DNA of 63,045 bases, counting the filler, from Chiloscyllium plagiosum (lineage: Eukaryota), in assembly GCF_004010195.1 (NCBI RefSeq). It is 5 parts of one record of this genome, joined end to end, with 100 filler letters (N's around TTAATTAATTAA, not from the genome) between each part and the next. Parts side by side here need not be neighbours in the genome. Positions count along the whole stretch, not along the records: positions 39,599 to 50,670 come from NC_057717.1; positions 50,771 to 57,756 come from NC_057717.1; positions 57,857 to 63,045 come from NC_057717.1; 2 more parts are not named here. One strand, written 5' to 3'. Position 1 is the first letter of the stretch; each line of letters begins with the position of its first letter. The position numbers and the translations under genes are program-made. Shown here piece by piece: positions 48,976 to 60,800 of this stretch. Below the pieces are notes generated by a model that saw nothing but the letters and a program-made list of their open reading frames with translations, was not told the DNA's origin and did not search any database.

Positions 48976-50670
48976 CCATTACTACCGGACATTAGACCAA
49001 CACAACACAAATCAGTAAAGCATAGTACAGCCCCTTGCTGGAGCACCTTGGCTAATGAAGGAAGTTAGACTGATAGAACACACAGCATTACAGATATGTT
49101 CAGGCACTTTATGGTACGATTTGGCTAATACCGGACATTTGAAGAATATAACATCGCACATTACAGCGCAGTACTGGCCCTATAAGGAACAACTCAGCTA
49201 ATGAAGGAAGCTAGACTGATAGAACATACAGCATTACATCGCAGTACAGCCATCAGTCTAACTTCCTCCATTAGCCGAGGTGCTCCATCAAGGGGCTGTA
49301 CTGTGCTTTAGTGTTCTGTGTTATATTGGTCTAATGTCCGGTATTAGCCGAGCGTTTTCATAATGCATCTTTGCAGTGCTGTTAGGTTTTCTGCTGTATT
49401 GGTCTAACTTACTTCATTAGCCGAGGTGCTCCATCAAGGGGCTGTACTGTGCTTTAGTGTTCTGTGTTGTATTGGTCTAATGTCTGGTATGAGCCGGGGC
49501 GGTGCGGTTCTATCAGTCTAACTTCCTTCATTCGCCGAGTTGTTCCTTAAAGGACCTGTACTACGGTATTAGACGAATGGTACCATCAAGTATCTTAACA
49601 TATCTGTAATGCTGTGTGTTCTACCAGTCTAACTTACTTCATTAGCCGAGGTGCTCCGTCAAGGGCTGTACTGTGCTTTAGTGCTCTTTGTTGTATTGGT
49701 CTAATGTCCGGTATTAGCCGAGCGGTTGCATAAAGGACTCTTACTGTGCTGCAAAGTTCTCTGCTGTATTGGCTTAAAGCCCGTTATTGGCCGAGTGTTT
49801 CCATAATTGGACTGTGCTGTGCTGCAATTCTCTACAACCTATGAATCTATATTCCTTTATTAGGCGAGCGATTTCATAAAGGACCTGTACTGCGCTGTAA
49901 TGTGCTATGTCTAATAGGTGTGATAGGTCTAATGTCCGGTATTAGCCGAATGGTACCATAATGTGCCTGTACATATCTGTAATGCTGTGTGTTCTATCAG
50001 TCTAACTTCCTTCATGAGCCGAGGTGTTCCATTAAAGGGCTCTACTGTGCTTTAGTGTTCTGTGGTGTATTGGTCTAATCTCCGGTATTAGCCGAGCGGT
50101 TGCATAAAGGACCTTTACTGTGATGTTCTATTGGTCTCAAGACCGTCATTAGCCGAGTGGTTTCATAACTGGACAGTGCTGTGCTGTAAGTGTCTACACT
50201 CCATGAATCTATATTCCTTTATTAGCCGAATGGGACCTTAAAAGGCCTGTACTGCGATGTAATGTGCTATGTTGTACTGATCTCGTATTCGGTATTAGCC
50301 GAATGGTACCATAAAGGGCCTGTACATATCTGGAATGCTGTGTGTTCTATCAATCTAACTTCCTTCATTAGTCGAGGTGCTCCATCAGGGGGGCTGTACT
50401 GTGCTTCAGAGTTCTGTGTTGTATTGGTCTCATGCCGAATGGTACCATAAAAGGCCTGTACTGTGATGTAATGCTGTATGTTCTATCAGTCTAACTTCCT
50501 TTATGGCCCTTTATGGTACCATTTGCCGAATACCGGACATTTGACCAATACAACATAGCACATTACAGCGCAGTAAAGGCCCTTTAAGGTAGAACTTGTC
50601 TAATAAAGGAAGTTAGACTGATAGAACATACAGCATTACATCACAGTACAGGCCTTTTATGGTACCATTC
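48976..50670. repeat. 73-bp satellite, second block, with orientation switches near 49250 and 50505
   Basis: Same monomers as 44839-47280 on both strands. Confidence 0.92.
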
Positions 50671-51367
50671 NNNNNNNNNNNNNNNNNNNNNNNNNNNNNN
50701 NNNNNNNNNNNNNNTTAATTAATTAANNNNNNNNNNNNNNNNNNNNNNNNNNNNNNNNNNNNNNNNNNNNGCTGGCCCTCTCTTCATCTCTCTCTCTCTC
50801 TTTCTATCACACTCTTTGCCACTCTGGTAGAGTGGCAGTGACAGGGTGAAGGGGTGCAAGGGGGAATGAGTTATGTGGAGAGAAATAGAGACAGAGAGAG
50901 AGACGGATGCAGTTGAATGGAAATGGAGGAACATGGTAGAGAGATAAATTCTGCTTTGGCCAGGTCGGAGTGTGTGACCCAGAGGTGAAAGCATGAACAG
51001 AATAAGTTAAACACTACTTCGTAGCTCAGGCCCCGGTCCCCTCCACTCCCTCATGACCGGAACGTGGGGCTGAGTTTGTCTATCTCCAGCACCGCCTCTT
51101 CAATACAAGGACAACCAACAACAGCGTTCCCTCTGCTGCTTGGCACTTTTTAATGAATATTTTTGTTGTTTACAAATTGAAGTGACATATACAGTCAGTG
51201 AGATGATGCCTTTTCTCACAGGCTCTGAGTTGAGAGAAATATTGAAATATGTCCATTTAAACACTTGTGGGATAAGTTTGTACGAACCAGCACTGCCCCC
51301 AGCTTTTTTACATTGGGGACAGGCTGAGTCCATGCTGAAACATTGAATTGAAAGGAGGACGGATTGA

Positions 51368-52274
51368 TTATTGAGTGAATTTGATTGATTGATGAATTAG
51401 GGTAAAGGGATGTTTTAACACATTCTTCAGCTGCTGTCTGAGCTTAGTCTGGGTCACAGCATAAATCGCGGTGTTTGTGCAGCAACTGAGGAGCTGCAAC
51501 ATGAATCCCAATTCCCTCGCAAAGGGATGTAGATACACAGCAATCTCCACAATATGCCACATCCGGTACCATATAGAACGCACCATTAACGTTGACCATA
51601 GCAGGATGAAATTGGCCGAGATTACAAACAGTAAAATTATGGATATTTTTCGATTTCTTATTTCTCTGTCATACTGAGCGTCCCCATTGGTGTGAACACG
51701 GAGTCTCCTGCGGGCTCTGCTGGTCACTAAAATGTATCTGATGGTGAAAACATTGAGTAGCAGAATGAGAAGAAATGGGAGAGCTGGAGTTAGAATGTGA
51801 TAGAGGAACTGGATTGCGACCCAGACACGGGAGTAACGAACAGCGACTGTTATATCACAAAACCGGGGGTGTTCCGCAGCCGATACCGTGGAGTGAGTAG
51901 AAAGTACCAGAAAATGTTCTTTACACTGCTTAACATAGTCACTGCTCCAAGAGCCAAAGCTGCCGTTTTCTCACTGCAAAATTTACTTCTCAGCTTCTGG
52001 CAACAAATGACCACAAACCGATCAAAGGTGAATGCCACGTTGAACCAGACAGAACAGTCAGTGGCTGCATAAAGCAAGACGGCGTGGATATTGCACACGC
52101 AGATGGACTTCAGGAAATAAAAATATTCGTGATAAACAATGGGAATGTGCCTCAATATCAGGTCGAGGATAATGACCAGTAGATCCGCCACTGCCATGGC
52201 CCCCAGGTAACGTCTGACACATGGAGACAATCCGCAATCTTTATAAAGTAGGACGTAGAGCATTACTATGTTAA
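51368..52274 (-). pseudogene. GPR139/GPR142-like class A GPCR main coding exon with a single frameshift
   Basis: Acceptor TTTTCCTTCCTCACAG precedes (V)NIVML. Motifs YLGAMAVADLLV, FTFDRFVVICC, TM5 LTPALPFLLILLLN, TM6 SANFILLW and TM7 SCCTNTAIY. One base is missing at 51864/51865 (CCC[T]GGTTTTGT = P-W-F-C). First exon not found. Confidence 0.85.
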
Positions 52275-52616
52275 CTGTGAGGAAGGAAAACGAACACATG
52301 ATACATCAGCCTCTAGATAAAGTGACAAGTTTGATTGGGGAGCCAGTGAGATTTTCAAATGTGTCACTGTATTTAGAGATACATTGAAATAACTGGAGCT
52401 GAAATAACAAATGGTTAGGTCTGAATGACTGACAAAAATGTGTCATAAAACACGAGTAACGCTCCCTCCACAAACACACAATCATAAGAAAAGCATCGCC
52501 TTCTCCCTGGAATGGGATCTCTTCCCTCGGGATTTTATTTTGTGTTCATTTCACAGCCGTCTGACCGTTTACAAATAATGTATAGGCAAGGATCTTACAG
52601 GTAACATCGGACACAG

Positions 52617-52853
52617 AAATTTCCGGGGAATGTCAGTTATAGAATATCCAGTGAATGGTAGTTGTGGAATGTTCCAGAGAATTGCACTTGTCGAACGATC
52701 CTGTGAATGTCAGTTATACAATGTTCCGGAGAATGTCAGTCATACAATGTTCCGGGAATGTCGGTGATAGAATATTACAGGGAATCCTCAATACACAATG
52801 TTCCGGTAAATGTTGGCAAAAGAACGTTCGTGGAAATGTCGAGTACAGAATGT
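52617..52853 (+). repeat. ~26-bp minisatellite (AATGTTCCGGAGAATGTCAGTTATAC), about 9 diverged units
   Basis: ATGTTCCGG at 52721 and 52747, with diverged units on both sides. Confidence 0.8.
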
Positions 52854-55139
52854 GACAGACTCCTAAAGCTGTTCCGCATATTAAGTTTGGTGAGACCCAC
52901 TCAGCCTCACGGTGGGAATCCCTTCCTAAACGTAACTCAACTGGCACATTGAACACAAATATGAATAAGATAAAGATAACACCTCAGACATTGTTTGTAA
53001 GATCCGCTTTAATGATTATGCAGGCGTAATAATTTATTAAGCTATTTCCCCCACCTCCTTTTCCTCTCTAACATTCACAGCTGTAAAATGTCCTGGATAT
53101 TCCGTTCCCAATATCAGTCACACTGCAGTCATTTCTTTCTAATACCATTGAAGCTTATCCATTTCACTCAAAATATACATTGATTCACTCAGCATGTTTT
53201 GCGAATACAACTCACATTCAGATAGAGCTCCTTTCATTCAGCTTTTTAACCTATTATTTCCTACTCCATTGTTACCATTGTTACTTGTATTGACCGGTCA
53301 GGAAACGGTCTGAAGCTGCCATACCTTAAGGAGAAGGACCGATGGGTAACGCTTCCCAAATCCCCATCACCATTCCTGGGTATATTCTGTCCCACCGGCC
53401 GGACATACCCACCAGTGGCGGGAAAACATTGGGATACAATCAGGAATGGAGTTATCCAGGAATCCAAAACCTGGATTCCAGAACCGTGGATATCTCATTA
53501 TAACAGGTCTGACAAGGTCAACAAAATCTGCTGCTGGTAAACATGTAGGGCCCTCCACACCTCCCCTCGGAGATAAAGCAGTTTCCCGGATGTTGAAAAC
53601 AAATCAGAGGCATCACTGTGGGTGACAAGGACATATAATGTACTCTGTGCGTTGCACTTCAATGTCCATCAGCAAGAGAGTCTCCACAGGCCCACCACTG
53701 ACTGAACAGTGCAAAGTCTGAAATATGCAACAGCCAGACTATGAGAAATGATGGGGTTCCAATAAGATGAAAACATGGCCACCAAACTACTTGTCACAGA
53801 TTGATCTGTCCCTCACGATATCATTAAGAGCACCCAGCACACAGTCCTGGTGGCGGGGAAGTTTCATCCTCATATTGAATATATCGCCCACTGTATTATG
53901 TGGCACTGCTCCTTCGAAATAGGACATACTTCTAAAGACCGGAGCAAATGAAAACTTGGCATCCATGAGGCACTGCAGGCTATCAGCAGCTGCAGAATCA
54001 ATGGCCTTAGCTCCATCATAATGTCAGAATTGGGCTCTTCACTGATATTTCCAAAATAATCAGCACCATTCACAATTGCACCTATACTGAAGCAGGGTAT
54101 TCAGCCCATCAAGTATTTTAAGCAGAAACGGAATGAGGTCATTTAGCCATTCGAGGTTGTTACTCAGCAATTGAAGCAGATCTTTTTTAATCTCTCATGC
54201 CTGTTACACAGGAAATGGAAGGGAATAATTCGCCTTTCAAAGTTGATACACAGAAATACGGTGAGGACTGGTTAATGAGCCGGGACCAGGCATAAATTAA
54301 GGATTAATCCGTCTTTCTCAGTTTAACGCAAGTTAACGATTGTAGCGACACAGTCTCCAGCGCTGGGGCCTCACCTATTTCCAAATCATACAAATGGTTT
54401 CGAGAAATGGAACAAATGTATTCAAACAAAGATAGGCATGAACTGAAGTTAGCAAGAGCAAGTAGAGAATCTCGAATTGGATAAGCATTAAATAACAATT
54501 ATAGCTAGAATATGACGCGCGTAACCTTGAACCTGTGGTTTTCTTCAGCAATATTAAAAGTCTGTATAACACATAAATGGAGAGGTATTACAGGATTTAG
54601 CGATACAGTCTGTGTACTGGAGGATTCACTCTGACCCGTTCAGGCATCAGACGTGTTGCTCCATGTCCCTGATATTTTGCTTCCTGGCATTCCAGGTGCC
54701 CCCATTGCTCTCCGTACACACGGGATATTTTGATGTGTATGGTTTGTGGAGGCGAGTTGCGAGGGGGAAGGTGTTTTGAATATTGTAGCAAGGGGACGGC
54801 CTTTGTCCGACAGGTCATCCTTTCTTTTTATGTGGAGACCCAAAGCCCATGGGAATGGCTGACTGTGTTGCCATGAAGAGGTTTTGGCTGCTTCCAGGGC
54901 AGTGCATATTCAGCAGCATGATGCTTTGTGCACGGTCACACAGCATTATTAATGGAGTGAGAGATGGAGGGTTCAAAAGAATGAGAACTAAATCTATATC
55001 CAGATTTGATGAAATGGTAAGTTGCATCACATCCTCAATCCACCTCACAAACCAGTCCCGACACCCTAGACCCAGAGGACATATCCATTCAGCACGGAGG
55101 GCTATGGAGAACAGCCTCTCCTCGGACTAACCAAGCAAT

Positions 55140-57756
55140 CTGACGAATGTGCAACGCTGTGTAGATCACAAACGTATATTAATCTATAAATGCAGACTAG
55201 ATATCTGTCCAGCACCAAGAGTTATGCAGACCACAGCAGTTCATTGAGACATAAACCCAGACTAGATATGTGTCCAGCACAGGTAGTTGTGCAGACCACA
55301 GCATCACGGTGATTTGTAAAGCCGGAGGTGGATACTTGCCCAGCACAGGGAGCTATGCAGACAACAGCAGTGCATTGATCCATAAACGGGAAGGGAAATC
55401 TGTCCAGCACGGGGAGTTATGCAGACCACAGAAGTACATTTATCTATAAATCACCAATAGATATCTGTTCACCATAGGCAAATATGCACACCACAGCAGG
55501 GCATTGATGTATAAAGCCGAACTAGATGTCGAGTTGTAGGTTTTCACGCTAAGCTGGAAGGTTCATTTCCAGACGTTTCGTCACCCTCCTAGGTAACAGC
55601 TTCAGTGGGCATCTGGTTGAAGCACTGCTGTTGATTCCTCATGTCTGTTTATGGTTGGGATTTCTTTGGGTTGGTGATGTCATTTCTTGTGGTGATATCA
55701 TTTTCTGTTCTTTTTTCTCAGGGGTGGTAGATGCGGTGTAACTCGATGTGTTGGTCGATTGAGTTCAGCTAGTCACAAAACGGCATGACCCTCTCTCACT
55801 AGTATCCTTCCATCCAGATAAGGAAGGACATCACTTCGACTGGAACAACACACCCATTCGAGGACAAGCAAAGCAAGACATCCACAAGCATTCCAAGAAA
55901 CATGGAATTTCACTCAAATGTCTGTCATCAACGCCATCGAGTTAGACCCTACTTACCACATCCTGAGAAAAAGAACAGGAAATGATATCACCACAGGAAA
56001 TGACAGAACCATAGGAAATGACATCACCAACCCAACGAAAGCCTAAACATATAAATAGAAAGCAGGAATCAACAGCAGTGCGTCGCCCAGAAGCCCACTG
56101 AAGATGTTACCTATTACGGTGACAAAACTTCTGGAAATGAACTTCCAGCTCAGCGAGGAAACCTACATCCAGAACGTCAACCTTAGCTTCAAATCTTCTC
56201 AAAACTCGCAAAGATCTAGATATCTGTCCAGGACAGGGAGCTATGCAGACGGCATTAATGCATTCATCTTTCACTCCCGACTACATATCTGTGTAGCACA
56301 CGGAGCTATGCAGACAATGGTAGTGCATTGATCTGTATCGAAGGAGTAGATATAAGTCAGTACAGCGAGCTGTGCAGACCACGCCACATGCATCGAACTG
56401 TAAACTTGGACGGGACATCTGTCCAGCACACACATCTGTGCAACACACGCCGGTGTATTGATCTTTCAACGTTTACCTGTGCACAACACAGCAGTGTATT
56501 GATCAAAAAACCCGAATGAAATATCTAGAACATGTCTAGGTATCTGTTCTTCATGGGGAGCTATGCAGACCACAGCAGTTCATTGAGTGATAATCCTGGA
56601 CTAGATGTATATCCAGCACAGGGAACTATGCAGACCACAGCAGTGCATTCATCAATAAACACGGACGAGATATCTGTCCAGCACGGGAAGCTAGGTCGAC
56701 AACGGCAGTGCACTGATAAAAAAACCTAGATTAGATATCTGTCCAGAATGAGCGCTATGCAGACCACTCGAGTGCATTGATTTATGCAGCAAGTCTAGAC
56801 ATTTGTTCAGCACGGGGAGCTACACAGACCACATAATTGCATTGATCTTTAACACCGGACTCGGTATCCATCCTGCATGGGGAGCTATGCAGACCACAAA
56901 AGTTCATTCATCTACAAACCCGGCCTAGATATCTATCCAGTACTGGGAGCTGGGCAGACCACAGCAGTGCATTCATTAATAAACCCGGACTAGATATCTG
57001 TCCAGCACAGGGAATTATGCTGATCGCAGTAGTGCATTGACCTATAAACCCAGACTACATATATTTTCAACACTGGGAGCTATGCAGATGACAGCCGTGC
57101 ATTGGTCGATGAACTCAGATCGGTTAACTGTGCAGCACGGGCAGCTATGCCGACCACAGCAGTGCAATGATCTGTAAACCGGATCTGGATATCTGTCTAA
57201 CACTGAGAGCTATGCAGACCACACCAGTGCTTTGATTCAGAAAACCGGGTGAGATATCTGTCCAGCACTGGGAGCTACGCAGACCACAAAAGCGTATTGA
57301 TATAAAAACCCGGATTAGATGCCTGCACAGCACAGTGAACTGTGCAGACCACACCAGTGCATTGATCAAAAACTCTGGAGTAGAAATATGTCCGGCTCAG
57401 GGACTTACACAGGCCAACAGTACATTGATCAATAAATCCCGAATACATCTCTGTCTAGTTCATGGAGATATGCAGACCACTGCAGTTCATTGAGTCATAA
57501 ACCTGGGTGAAATATCTGTGCAACGCCGAGCACTTTGCAGTACACAGCAGAGCATTGATCTGTAAATTCGGACGAGATATCCGTCCAGCACAGGTAGCTT
57601 TTCAGAGCACAGCAGTGCATTGATCTATCAATCCGACCTAGATATATGTCCATCACAGGAATCTAAGCAGAGCACTCCAGGGCCTCGGTCTATTTAACCA
57701 GATTAGATATCTGTTCAGCACGGGGAGCGATACACACACATAAATAAATTGATCAA
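55140..57756 (+). repeat. ~65-bp satellite interrupted by a PLE
   Basis: Unit CTAGATATCTGTCCAGCACGGGGAGCTATGCAGACCACAGCAGTGCATTGATCTATAAACCCGGA. CTAGATAT at 55197 and 55262. Confidence 0.92.
55531..56210 (+). mobile_element. Penelope-like element 3' end with an inverted terminal copy
   Basis: 55531-55745 is inverted at ~55945-56170. The internal + frame reads TKRHDPLSLVSFH..KEGHHFDW (GIY-YIG C-terminus). Hammerhead-like motif in both arms. Confidence 0.8.
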
Positions 57757-57856
57757 NNNNNNNNNNNNNNNNNNNNNNNNNNNNNNNNNNNNNNNNNNNN
57801 TTAATTAATTAANNNNNNNNNNNNNNNNNNNNNNNNNNNNNNNNNNNNNNNNNNNN

Positions 57857-60800
57857 TGTCACAGTCTGTCAGAGAGTGTCACAGTGTGTTACAGAGTGTG
57901 TCAGAGAATGCCAGAGAGTGTCACAGTCAGTCTCAAAGCGGGTCAGAGTGTGTCACAGTGTGTAACAACCTGTCAAAGAGTGTCATAGTATGTCTCAGAG
58001 AGTGTCACAGTGTACTTCAGAGAATCAGAGAGTGTCAGAGAGTGTCACAGTCGGTCTCAGAGAGGGTCAGAGTGTGTCACAGTGTGTCACAGCCTGTCAA
58101 AGAGTGTCACAGTCTGCCTCAGAGATGTCAGAGAAAGACAGAGAGTGTCACAGTTTGTCACAGTCTGTCAGAGAGTGTCACAGTGTGTTACAGAGTGTCA
58201 GTGAGTGCCAGAGAGTGTCACAGTCAGTCTCAAACCGGGTCAGAGTGTGTCACAGTGTGTAACAACCTGTCAAAGAGTGTCATAGTATGTCTCAGAGAGT
58301 GTCAGAGAGAGTCAGAGAGTGTTACAGTATGTCTCAGAGAGTGTCACAGTGTATTTCAGAGAGAGTCAGAAAGTGTCACAGTTTGTCTCAGAGTTTCACA
58401 GTGTGCCACAGTGCGTCAGAGAAGGTTTCGGTGTATTTCAGAGTGTCTCAGAGAGTGTCAGAGAGTGTCAGTGTTTGTCTCAGAGAATGTCACAGTCTGT
58501 CAGAGAGTGTTACAGAGTGTCTCAGAGAGTGCCAGAGAGGGTCAGCAATTGTCTCAGGGAGGGGCACAGTCTGTCAGAGAGTGTTACAGTGTGTCTCAGA
58601 GAGTGACAGAGTGATTCAGAGAGTGTCATAGTGTGACTCAGAGAGTGTCAGAGAGTGACAGTGTCTCTGAGAATGACACCGTGTGACAGAGAGTGTCGTA
58701 GTGTGTCACAGTGTGTTTCAGAGTGTGTCAGGGAGAGTCTGAGAATGTCATAATGTGTCATACTATATCTCAGAGAGTGTCAGAGAGAGTCAGAGAGTGT
58801 CTCACTCTGTATCAGAGAGCTTCAGAGAGAGTCAGAAAGTGTCACAGTGTGTCTCAGAGAGTGTCACAGTGTGTCTCTGAGGGTCAGAGAGAGAGAGACA
58901 GAAAGTGTCACAGTATGTCTCAGAGAGGGTCACAGTGTCTCAGAGAATGTCACCGTATGTCAGAGAGTGTCACAGTCGATCAGAGAGTGTCACAGTGTGT
59001 CTCAGAGATTGTCACAGTGTGTTTCAGAGAGAGTCAGAGAAAGTCAAAGTGTGTCTCAGAAAGTGTTGAAGTGAGTCAAACAGTGTCATAGTGTGTCTCA
59101 GAGAGTGTCACAGTGTGTCTCTGAGGGTCAGAGAGAGAGAGACAGAAAGTGTCACAGTTTGTCTCAGAGCGTCGGAGAGAGTCAGAATTTGTCGTGGTGT
59201 GTCTCAGCGTGTGTCACAGTATGTCACAGTCTGTCAGAAAAGGTTACAGTGTATTTCAGAGTATATCAGAGAGAGTCAGAAAGTGTCACAGTGTGTCTTA
59301 CAGTGTCTCAGAGACTGTCAGAGAGTGTCACAGTCCGTGAGAGAGTGTTGCAGTGTGTCTCAGAGATTGACAGAAGACGTCAGAGTGTCACATTGTGCTT
59401 CAGTGTCAGAGAGCGTCACAGGCTGTCTCAGAGAGTGTCAGAGAGAGACAGACAGTGTCACAGTGTGTCTCAGAGAGTGTTACAGTGTCTCACAGAATGT
59501 CACAGTGTGTCAGATAGCATCGCAGTCGGGCAGAGAGTGTCACAGTCTGTCAGAGAATGTGACAGTGTGTTTCAGAGAGTGTCAGAGAGAGTCAGAAAGT
59601 GTCACAGTGTGTCTACGTGAGTGTCAGAGTATGTCGCAGTACGTCACAGTCTATCAGAGATTGTCACAGTGTGTTTCAGACAGAGTCGGAGAGTGTTACA
59701 CTGTATCTCAGAGAGGGTTAGAGAGGGCCAGAGAGTGTCACAGTGTGTCTCAGAGAGTGTCACAGGGTGTCTCAGAGGGGCAGAGAGTGCCAGAAAGTGT
59801 CACCGTTTGTCTAAGAGAGTGTCACATTGTGTCACAGTCTGTCAGAGAAGGTTACAGTATATTTCAGTGTGAGTCAGAGAGTCAGAGAGTGTCAGCATTT
59901 GTCTCAGAGAGGGTCACAGTCTGTCAGAGGGTGTTACTGTGTGTCTCAGAGAGAGTCAAAAGTGTCACAATGTGTCTCCGAGAGTGTCACAGTGTCTCAG
60001 AGAATGTCACCGTGTGTCAGAGAGTTTCACAGTGTGTCAGAGTGTCATAGTGTGTCAGAGTGTGTCATAGTGTGTCAGAGAGAGTCAGAGAGTGTCACAG
60101 TGTGTCTCAGAGAGTGTCAGAGAGTCCACAGTGTGTCTCGGAGAGTGTCAGTGTGTCACCGAGTGTCACAGTGTGTCTCAGAGTGAGTCAGGGAGTGTCA
60201 CAGTGTGCCTCAGAGAGAGTCAGATAGAGTAAGAGTGTCTCAGTGTGTCACAGTCTGTCAGAGAGTGTCACTGGGTGTCTCAGTCTGTCAGGGAGAGTCA
60301 CAGAGTGTCACAGCATGCCTAAGAGAGTGTCACAGAGCATCAGAGAGTGTCACAGTCTGTCTCAGAGCGGGTCAGATGTGCCACAGTCTGTCAGAGAGTG
60401 TCACAGTGTTCCTCAGAGAGTGTCAGAGAAAGCCAGAGAATGTCACAATGTGTCATAGTCTGTCAGAGCGAGTCAGAGAGTGTCAAAGTGTTCCTCAGAG
60501 AGTGTCAGAGAAAGTCAGAGAGTGTCACAGTGTGTCACAGTGTGTTAGAGACGGTTATAGTATATTTCCAAGTGTGTCAGAGAGAGTCTGAGAGTGTCAC
60601 AGTGAGTCATACTGTGGCTCAGAGAGGGTCAGAGAGTGTCAGCATTTGTCTCAGAGAATGTCACAGTCTGTGGGAGAGTGCTACAGTCTGTTGCAGAGAG
60701 GATCAGAGTGTGTCACAGAGAGTGACAGAATGAGTCAGAAAGTGTCACAGTGTGTCTCAGAGAGTGTCACCGTGTGTCACAATCTGTAAGAGAAGGTTAC

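Noticed and set aside
44839..50670. CRISPR-like regular repeat pattern
   Set aside because: The intervening sequences are themselves repeated, there are no cas genes, and the context is eukaryotic. It is a satellite.
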